Virus record (IMG/VR): IMGVR_UViG_3300038809_000039
Coordinates: 1 to 39,790 of that record
DNA from: a virus
Lineage: Duplodnaviria > Caudoviricetes
DNA: 39,790 bases
Direction: 5' to 3' (one strand)
Part shown: positions 34,094-39,790 of the stretch, one piece after another
How the letters are laid out: the number at the start of each line of letters is the position of its first letter
Numbering within the stretch: position 1 is the stretch's first letter
Program-made: the position numbers and the translations under genes
Notes under the pieces: generated by a model
What the model was told of the DNA's origin: nothing
Database searches by the model: none
What the model saw: only the letters and a program-made list of their open reading frames with translations

Positions 34094-34579
34094 ATGAAAA
34101 CTAAGCGGGAGCTGCAGCGAGAAATCCTTGATCAACTGCAGGATATCTATCCAGAGCAGACAGACGACTACGAAGTGCTGGGGCCAGAGGGAACTGTGAT
34201 AGGCAATCTCCACTACCTCGGCGAACATGGTCTGGTTAGATTCAGGATGACGAATCGGCTCAGCGATCCGAATGAGCCCTACCAGATCGGGATCACTGCA
34301 AAGGGCATAGACTTCCTTGAAGACGACGGTGGCCTGGGCGCCATTCTCGCAACCGTGACCGTCAAGCTTCATGAGGACACCCTCCGCCAACTGATTGAAG
34401 CGAAAGTACAGGCGTCTGATCTGCCTCAGGAGCAGAAAAGCAGCATCCTGAAAGCGCTTCGCGAAGCTCCCGGCGAGACCATAAAACACCTGACAACGAA
34501 ACTAGTGGACCTGGGGCTGGAGAACGCGCCGAAAGCACTTCCGCTATTTCAAACGTGGCTACAGTCCGGCCATTCCTGA
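34094..34579 (+). CDS. Antisense accessory gene with winged-helix-like N-domain
   Basis: AGGAGG RBS; GNLHYLGEHGLV...ITAKGIDFLEDDGGL. Opposite orientation inside the early-right operon. Confidence 0.8.
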   Translation: MKTKRELQREILDQLQDIYPEQTDDYEVLGPEGTVIGNLHYLGEHGLVRFRMTNRLSDPNEPYQIGITAKGIDFLEDDGGLGAILATVTVKLHEDTLRQLIEAKVQASDLPQEQKSSILKALREAPGETIKHLTTKLVDLGLENAPKALPLFQTWLQSGHS

Positions 34580-34744
34580 ACTCGTCGGCACCGCTCACGC
34601 GGGCAAGGCGCAGATACCCAATCAAGGCGCCCTGCCCCCACAGCTCCACAAAAACCTGAGCGACATCCAGCTCAAGCTGGACGAACATCTCAGTGCTAAA
34701 TGCAGATCGACGCTGCGCGAGGGAAATCAGGGAAAGGGCTTGCA

Positions 34745-35005
34745 TCACGCGCCCCCGGCACTGGACAAAATTCCAGCACTTTCGGTGGACTGATGAGCGG
34801 CTGGGTTTGGGCGTAGATTTGCGTTCAAGGTTGACGAGGCCTTGCTCAGGTAAAGAGCCTCGATAGCCTTGCCTACCTCGTAGCGCACTGTTGCACCCTT
34901 CGCCACCCGCGAGATGGTCGGCTGGGTTGAGCCACAGGTGAGCGCAATCTCTGTCTGTGACATACCAAACTCGAACAGATAGAGCAGCATTGCTTGAATG
35001 GTCAT
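34745..35005 (-). CDS. cro: Cro-like repressor
   Basis: GMSQTEIALTCGSTQPTISRV HTH; divergent from cI. Start set at MTIQAM. Confidence 0.8.
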   Translation of the reverse strand: MTIQAMLLYLFEFGMSQTEIALTCGSTQPTISRVAKGATVRYEVGKAIEALYLSKASSTLNANLRPNPAAHQSTESAGILSSAGGA

Positions 35006-35017
35006 GTTCGCACCGCT

Positions 35018-35092
35018 ATGAATATTCGCATAATAAATCATACGTAATCGAGTGGGTCGGTGCAATACAATGTTTTCCATACGCAGACGCAT
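35018..35092. promoter_or_regulatory. OR operators (3) and PR promoter
   Basis: ATRCG-N4-CGYAT-like palindromes at 35018-35031, 35040-35053 and 35079-35092. Minus-strand TTGCAC (35065-35060), 17-bp spacer, TATGAT (35042-35037). Confidence 0.75.
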
Positions 35093-35100
35093 GGTGCTTT

Positions 35101-35760
35101 ATGAAAATCTCAGAACGCTTGAGAGAAAAAATGCTTCAGATGAATCTCTCGGAAAGCGAACTGAGCCGACGCTCAGGCGTGCCACAGCCGACTATTCACC
35201 GGATTGTCTCCGGTGAAAGCCAAAGCCCAAGACGAGAAAACTTGCAGCGCTTGGCAAGAGCGCTCAAGGTGTCTGCTACCTGGCTCACCTTCGGGTCAGG
35301 AGATGACGCTTCTATTGATGCCAACGTAGAGTTAGCCTTACAGCCGTCTAGGTCTTTTAGTTACCCTGAAATCAGTTGGGTACAGGCAGGGAACGCATCG
35401 GAAGCGGTGGAGATGTCGAATATTGCAGCGGCCCCTAGACATACGTCGGACGTCTGGGCGGGCGAATCAGGGTTCTGGCTTAAAGTTGTTGGCTCGTCAA
35501 TGACCAGTCCGCTTGGAGACACCTTTCCAGAAGGTTTCTTAATACTCGTGGCCCCTGATATCGAACCTCGGCCTGGGCAATATGTTGTCGCTCGCATGGA
35601 GGCAACGAACGAGGCCACCTTCAAGCAGCTTGTTTACGACGCTGGTGACTTGTACCTGAAGCCGTTGAATCCTGCGTTTTCGATGCGATTGATAGATGAT
35701 ACGTGGGTTATCGTCGGCACCGTCGTAGACGGAAAAATGCCAAAATCAGTCTTCTTTTAG
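35101..35760 (+). CDS. cI: CI repressor (HTH_XRE + S24 autopeptidase)
   Basis: HTH LSESELSRRSGVPQPTIHRI, VQAG cleavage site, GSSM catalytic Ser and TFKQL catalytic Lys. Confidence 0.93.
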   Translation: MKISERLREKMLQMNLSESELSRRSGVPQPTIHRIVSGESQSPRRENLQRLARALKVSATWLTFGSGDDASIDANVELALQPSRSFSYPEISWVQAGNASEAVEMSNIAAAPRHTSDVWAGESGFWLKVVGSSMTSPLGDTFPEGFLILVAPDIEPRPGQYVVARMEATNEATFKQLVYDAGDLYLKPLNPAFSMRLIDDTWVIVGTVVDGKMPKSVFF

Positions 35761-35793
35761 CAGTAGCCCTCGATACTCCGACAAAGGCTCTAC

Positions 35794-35819
35794 AAACCCG
35801 GCTCATCCGGGTTTTTTTT
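35794..35819 (+). terminator. cI terminator
   Basis: AAACCCGG-ctcat-CCGGGTTTTTTTT. Confidence 0.8.
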
Positions 35820-35836
35820 CGCCTATACGAAAATCT

Positions 35837-35878
35837 ACTCGATTGCGTATTGACTCAATTCATGCGTATTCGTATAGT
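35837..35878 (+). promoter_or_regulatory. OL operators (2) and PL promoter
   Basis: ACTCGATTGCGTAT (35837-35850) and ATGCGTATTCGTAT (35862-35875). TTGACT (35850-35855), 17-bp spacer, TATAGT (35873-35878). Confidence 0.8.
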
Positions 35879-35911
35879 TAGTCCACATCAGTTAGCACGG
35901 AGCTTTCCAGC

Positions 35912-36226
35912 ATGACCACCTCGACCATCACCTCTCACGGCTTCATCGGCTTCCTAGGCCTAGGCGCAGCGCCTCGCGAACTGGAGTGTCTGCTGGCTGT
36001 AGCCGCAGGTCAGACCACGAAACAGATCGCCAAAGATTTGGGCCTGGCGCCGGACAGCGTGAGCAAGCGCCTGCTGTCACTGACGACGAAACTCGGCGTC
36101 GTCAAGCGCACACAGCTAGTGGCTCGCGCGTTCGCAATGGGCCTGATCAGTTTTGCCAGCGCGGCCAGCCCTACCCCCGAAAACCACCACCCCGAAAACG
36201 AACACGACGGCGTCTTTCTCGCGTAA
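35912..36226 (+). CDS. LuxR-type HTH protein, first gene of the early-left operon
   Basis: APRELECLLAVAAGQTTKQIAKDLGL...KLGVVKRTQLVARAFAMGLI. Confidence 0.85.
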   Translation: MTTSTITSHGFIGFLGLGAAPRELECLLAVAAGQTTKQIAKDLGLAPDSVSKRLLSLTTKLGVVKRTQLVARAFAMGLISFASAASPTPENHHPENEHDGVFLA

Positions 36227-36366
36227 CGCCGAAGCAGCGGCGTGCGCCTTCGACGAGAGGACGCAGTCCGGTGCTCAGGCTGATCTGACCCGTTAACCAA
36301 ACCTGATTTTTGCGAAGCCATAAAACGCGGCGGGCACTCGTTCGCCCTTAATTTGAGGATTTACCC

Positions 36367-36804
36367 ATGTTCGGAAAATTGTTTGGCAAGAAGGGCCGTG
36401 AAGCCCGCGCGGCGATGTCCGTGGTGCAGAACCGCGATCTGATGCAGGCGATCGTCTACGGCGCCTTCTATGTGGCCGCTGCGGATGGCGACATCAGCGA
36501 GGACGAGCTGAAGAAGGCGGAGAAGCTAATAGCGAACACGCCTCAGCTCAAAGGCTTCGGCCCGGAACTCTCCAATACCATGGATCGCGCCGAGAAGGAC
36601 TTCCACGACGGCGGCCACCGCATCCTGCGCATGAATGCCGAGAAGGAGCTGAAAGACCTGGCTCATTCACCGGAGGAAGCGCAGATCGTCATCAACGTGA
36701 TGCTGACCATCGCAGAGGCCTCGGGCGACATCGACGACAAGGAAATCGCCGTGCTCGAAAAGGCCGCGAAGCTCATGGGCCTTTCGCTGAAAGACTACCT
36801 GTAA
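36367..36804 (+). CDS. TerB-family protein
   Basis: Duplicated motif VAAADGDISEDE / IAEASGDIDDKE, ending AAKLMGL. GAGGA RBS. Confidence 0.85.
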   Translation: MFGKLFGKKGREARAAMSVVQNRDLMQAIVYGAFYVAAADGDISEDELKKAEKLIANTPQLKGFGPELSNTMDRAEKDFHDGGHRILRMNAEKELKDLAHSPEEAQIVINVMLTIAEASGDIDDKEIAVLEKAAKLMGLSLKDYL

Positions 36805-36975
36805 ATGTTCCGCCGTTTCAGCCACCGCGCCCGCCGCTGGGCAGCCTTTGGGCTGGCTGGTGGTGTGGTGTTCGTTGATTCGGCCAGTCGGATCTTCTCA
36901 ATGTTGGGCGACTTGATTCTGGTCGGCCTGCTGCTGATGGTCCTGCTGGCCGGTAAGAAGCCGAAGGGCGAATAA
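36805..36975 (+). CDS. 56-aa membrane protein abutting the TerB gene (not in ORF track)
   Basis: TAA-ATG junction; MFRRFSHRARRWAAFGLAGGVVFVDSASRIFSMLGDLILVGLLLMVLLAGKKPKGE*. Confidence 0.75.
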   Translation: MFRRFSHRARRWAAFGLAGGVVFVDSASRIFSMLGDLILVGLLLMVLLAGKKPKGE

Positions 36976-37014
36976 CGGCACCGGGCGCAGTTCACGCGCC
37001 CGCTACCAAGGGAA

Positions 37015-37239
37015 ATGAAAATGTCCGAATCAAGAAATGCTCCGAAGTTTGTGGTCCGCCTACCTGATGATCTGCGTGATCGTGTCGACGATGCTGCCTG
37101 CACTGCCGACTGCTCGATGAACACGATTTTCGTCCGCGCTGTACGCCAGTATCTGGATGGCCAGCAACACCAAGAGCTTCTGCTCGATGCGCTGGCCAAG
37201 GCCGTCGGAGCCAATGAGGTGATTCATGCAACCAATTAA
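37015..37239 (+). CDS. Arc-family ribbon-helix-helix DNA-binding protein
   Basis: SRNAPKFVVRLPDDLRDRV...SMNT. Confidence 0.88.
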   Translation: MKMSESRNAPKFVVRLPDDLRDRVDDAACTADCSMNTIFVRAVRQYLDGQQHQELLLDALAKAVGANEVIHATN

Positions 37240-37615
37240 CCGAATCACTCTGGTGCTGCGCGCCAAAGAGGGTGAAACGCTCGCACCCCTATTGCAGCAT
37301 GTTTCGCTGGGCGCGCCGGTAGCCATTGGCACCGGTATCGCGCTCATTACCAGTGCCAGCGACCGTGACGCGTTTGAAACAGCACTTGGCGATGGAGAGT
37401 TCTGCATAGATGCGCACGCGCGCCTCGCGCTGGACGCAGCTCGTTATCGGTGGCTGCGCAACCGTGAGCGTGTGGAAGACGCTGATGCAGACCTGGTAGC
37501 GTCGCGCGACCGTGACTGCTTCTACGGTACTGCGCTTGATCGAGAGATTGACGAAGGCATGCGCCTGGATCGGTTGCTGGAAAAGCATGGGGAGGAAGAA
37601 GCATGCGAGTCCTGA
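37226..37615 (+). CDS. Hypothetical phage early protein
   Basis: LDAARYRWLR...LDREID motif, common in phage early genes. Confidence 0.7.
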   Translation: MQPINRITLVLRAKEGETLAPLLQHVSLGAPVAIGTGIALITSASDRDAFETALGDGEFCIDAHARLALDAARYRWLRNRERVEDADADLVASRDRDCFYGTALDREIDEGMRLDRLLEKHGEEEACES

Positions 37616-37860
37616 TCCTCACCGTATTGCTCGTGCTCATGGTTTCGGCTGTCTACGCCGGCGAGCCTGAAAGGGTCATCAGCGTCCAGCACGACAGCAT
37701 TCGCGGCGCGACTTGCTGGGTGCTCAACGACCAGGCGATCAGTTGCGTCCCCGACTCGCAGCTTCGTCAACCCGCCGAGCCGCCGAAACGATCCGTCGGC
37801 AGCGCCAAACCGACGAGCACATTTACCCCGCGCCGGGATGAGGAGGTATTTCAGCTATGA
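37603..37860 (+). CDS. Small exported protein
   Basis: Signal peptide ending VYA; HDSIRGATCW...AISCVP with two Cys. Confidence 0.7.
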   Translation: MRVLILTVLLVLMVSAVYAGEPERVISVQHDSIRGATCWVLNDQAISCVPDSQLRQPAEPPKRSVGSAKPTSTFTPRRDEEVFQL

Positions 37861-38051
37861 CCGTCAACGCATCAGCCGGAACTCGCATCAGCCTACGCAC
37901 CGATCTTGAAAAGCTGGGAGACCGCCTAATTCAGTTCGGTCAGGCATTGCAAAGTCCTGAGACCACAGTGGGCGAATTGAACGCCCTGGCCAAGCGGTGC
38001 GGGATCGCGCTGAAGCTGCGCACCGTGGCGGAATCTGGAGAGCAGCCATGA
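37857..38051 (+). CDS. Hypothetical phage protein
   Basis: GGAGG RBS and ATGA overlaps on both sides. Confidence 0.65.
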   Translation: MTVNASAGTRISLRTDLEKLGDRLIQFGQALQSPETTVGELNALAKRCGIALKLRTVAESGEQP

Positions 38052-38127
38052 TCAAGCATCGCGCTATCTCCAACGACGTCGAGCACGCCATGATCGATTC
38101 CGAACAGACCTGCGCCGAAGACCCAGG

Positions 38128-38337
38128 TCAGCTAACGATCAACGTGCAAGCAATCAAGGATAAGCCCAAGCCCGTGAAGACTGGGACGCTGTAGATCAGC
38201 CCGATCGCCAAGATGGGCGCGCCAATCAGGAGCGTCGGATCGCGAAGAAATGCGAATGCTTTCAAAGGCTGTGCTCCGGACGATGACTGGGGAGGATAGC
38301 ACCGAGATTTCTCAACCAGCGACCGATTATTACCCAT
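38128..38337 (-). CDS. Possible antisense small membrane protein
   Basis: Hydrophobic C-terminal half (LLIGAPILAIGLIYSVPVFTGLGLSLIACTLIV). Overlaps a competing short plus-strand ORF at 38048-38194. Confidence 0.35.
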   Translation of the reverse strand: MGNNRSLVEKSRCYPPQSSSGAQPLKAFAFLRDPTLLIGAPILAIGLIYSVPVFTGLGLSLIACTLIVS

Positions 38338-38453
38338 CTATTCACATGCCTGCCGGTGGGCGGCGGGCGAAGGGCACCCCGTAAGTAGCGGCCAAGCCGG
38401 CGCGGCGTCAGTTCTGAAGCAAGCAGAAACCTGACAAGTCAGGAGTAAATCGA

Positions 38454-38729
38454 ATGCGCTACATGACCATCAGGAAATTCGCCAGCGAGTCTGGCTACAG
38501 CGAAGACGCTATCCGGTCAAAAATCCGCGATGGAATTTGGCGGCTTGGCGAAATCTGGTATAGGGCTCCGGATGGCCGGACCCTAATTGATCTCGAGGGA
38601 TACGAAAAATGGGTAGAGACGGGCGGGGAGTTCGGGCGATCTCCGATTCGAGTATCGAAATCACGTTCATGTATCGGGGCGTCCGTTGCCGCGAGCGGAT
38701 CACGCTCAAGCCCACCCCCACTAATCTGA
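38454..38729 (+). CDS. xis: Excisionase
   Basis: MRYMTIRKFASESGYSEDAIRSKI...APDGRTLIDLEGYEKWV; AGGAG RBS; overlaps int. Confidence 0.85.
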   Translation: MRYMTIRKFASESGYSEDAIRSKIRDGIWRLGEIWYRAPDGRTLIDLEGYEKWVETGGEFGRSPIRVSKSRSCIGASVAASGSRSSPPPLI

Positions 38730-39790
38730 AGAAGGCCGAGCAGCACAAGGCGGCGATTGAGCACGCGATCTCCATCGGAGCGTTCGATTACTCGGTCACC
38801 TTCCCGGGCTCGGCCAGGGCTGCGAAGTTTGCGCCGGAGGCTTCACATGAAACGGTCGCCGGCTTCCTGAGCAGGTGGCTCGCCTCGAAGAAGAAGCACC
38901 TTTCCAGCAGCACCTATGAGGGCTATCGCAAGCTAGTCGAGCACCGGCTTGTGCCCGCCCTTGGCACACACCTGATGGTCGATCTGAAACGGAAGATGAT
39001 CAAGGACTGGCTTGACACGCTGGAGATCGGGAACAAGACACTGAGCAATATCCAGAGCTGCCTACGTTCCGCCATGACCGAAGCGGTGGACGAGGAGCTG
39101 ATCGAGAACAATCCCTTGGCTGGTTGGACCTACAAGCGGAAGGCCGCTCCCGTTGAGGAAGATGAAGTCGATCCGTTCAGTCCCGAAGAGCAGCGCGCGA
39201 TCATCGCCGCGCTCACTGGGCAAGCAGCCAACCTGGTGCAGTTCGCGTTGTGGACAGGCTTGCGCACGAGTGAACTGGTCGCTTTGGACTGGGGAGACGT
39301 GGACTTTATACGAGGCGAGGTGATGATCACCAAGGCGATGACTCAGGCCTCGAAGGGAGCAGCGGAGATACCAAAGACAGCTGCAGGTCGACGCGCGGTG
39401 AAGCTGCTCGGCCCTGCTATGGCGGCATTGAAAGCACAGAAAGAGCACACCTTCCTGGCTGGTGAGGAGGTGTTTCAGAATCCGCGCACGCTCGAGCGCT
39501 GGACCGGGGACGGGCCGATTCGGAAAACGATGTGGGCTCATGCAGTAAAGAAGGCAGGCGTTCGGTATCGGCGGCCATATCAAACTCGGCACACTTACGC
39601 TTCAATGATGCTTTCTGCGGGCGAGCATCCGATGTGGGTAGCTCAGCAGATGGGGCATAGCGACTGGACGATGATTGCGCGAGTCTATGGCCGATGGATG
39701 CCTTCAGCTGACGCGAGCGCAGGGGCAAAAGCCGAAAAAATATGGTCTACAAAAGACCAGGCTGAGCTGAAGTCGCCGAACATCACTTGA
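38609..39790 (+). CDS. int: Prophage integrase (tyrosine recombinase with DUF3596-type arm-binding domain)
   Basis: ITFMYRGVRCRERI arm domain; TGLRTSEL, PKT, YQTRHTYAS, QMGH and VYGRW. Confidence 0.95.
   Translation: MGRDGRGVRAISDSSIEITFMYRGVRCRERITLKPTPTNLKKAEQHKAAIEHAISIGAFDYSVTFPGSARAAKFAPEASHETVAGFLSRWLASKKKHLSSSTYEGYRKLVEHRLVPALGTHLMVDLKRKMIKDWLDTLEIGNKTLSNIQSCLRSAMTEAVDEELIENNPLAGWTYKRKAAPVEEDEVDPFSPEEQRAIIAALTGQAANLVQFALWTGLRTSELVALDWGDVDFIRGEVMITKAMTQASKGAAEIPKTAAGRRAVKLLGPAMAALKAQKEHTFLAGEEVFQNPRTLERWTGDGPIRKTMWAHAVKKAGVRYRRPYQTRHTYASMMLSAGEHPMWVAQQMGHSDWTMIARVYGRWMPSADASAGAKAEKIWSTKDQAELKSPNIT

Larger units (their letters stand above)
2100..39790. mobile_element. HK97-like temperate siphovirus prophage (left boundary approximate, right att beyond the window)
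   Basis: Complete set of integration, immunity, replication, Q, lysis, packaging, head and non-contractile tail modules in lambdoid order. No obvious frameshifts in core genes. Confidence 0.95.

Noticed and set aside
34362-34748. 128-aa minus-strand ORF coupled to cro
   Set aside because: Overlaps the well-supported plus-strand gene by over 200 nt and has no recognisable motif. A short real product cannot be excluded.

Overview
This window looks Pseudomonas-like. It starts with one host gene (1-1812, a highly expressed S-layer-like/DUF4214-type secreted protein), followed by an apparently complete ~37.6 kb HK97-like temperate siphovirus prophage that runs to the window end. The late operon reads on the minus strand: Q antiterminator, a cargo-rich leader, holin and spanins, HNH, terminase, portal, protease, capsid, head-tail genes, tail tube, frameshifted chaperones, a 2120-aa tape measure, a minimal tail tip, an Asp-box tail fibre, DUF1353 and a separated SleB-type endolysin. 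The early-right operon (minus strand) holds cro, DUF3077-like genes, BRO antirepressor, initiator with iterons, DnaC, DnaB and a second tyrosine recombinase. cI with operators and the early-left operon (LuxR-HTH, TerB plus a membrane partner, Arc, xis, int) are on the plus strand. The most unusual signals are non-coding or missing from the ORF track: (1) an 8/4-fold allo-tRNA-like Ser(UGA) gene and a ~150-nt pseudoknotted RNA in the Q-holin leader; (2) a 37-aa hydrophobic peptide next to two divergent promoter-terminator sRNA units beside the endolysin; (3) a third sRNA with an anti-SD loop at the left junction; (4) an S-layer-type motif in the tape-measure C-terminus that resembles the neighbouring host gene. 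The att sites could not be identified. All family assignments come from recognising motifs by eye, not from database searches.
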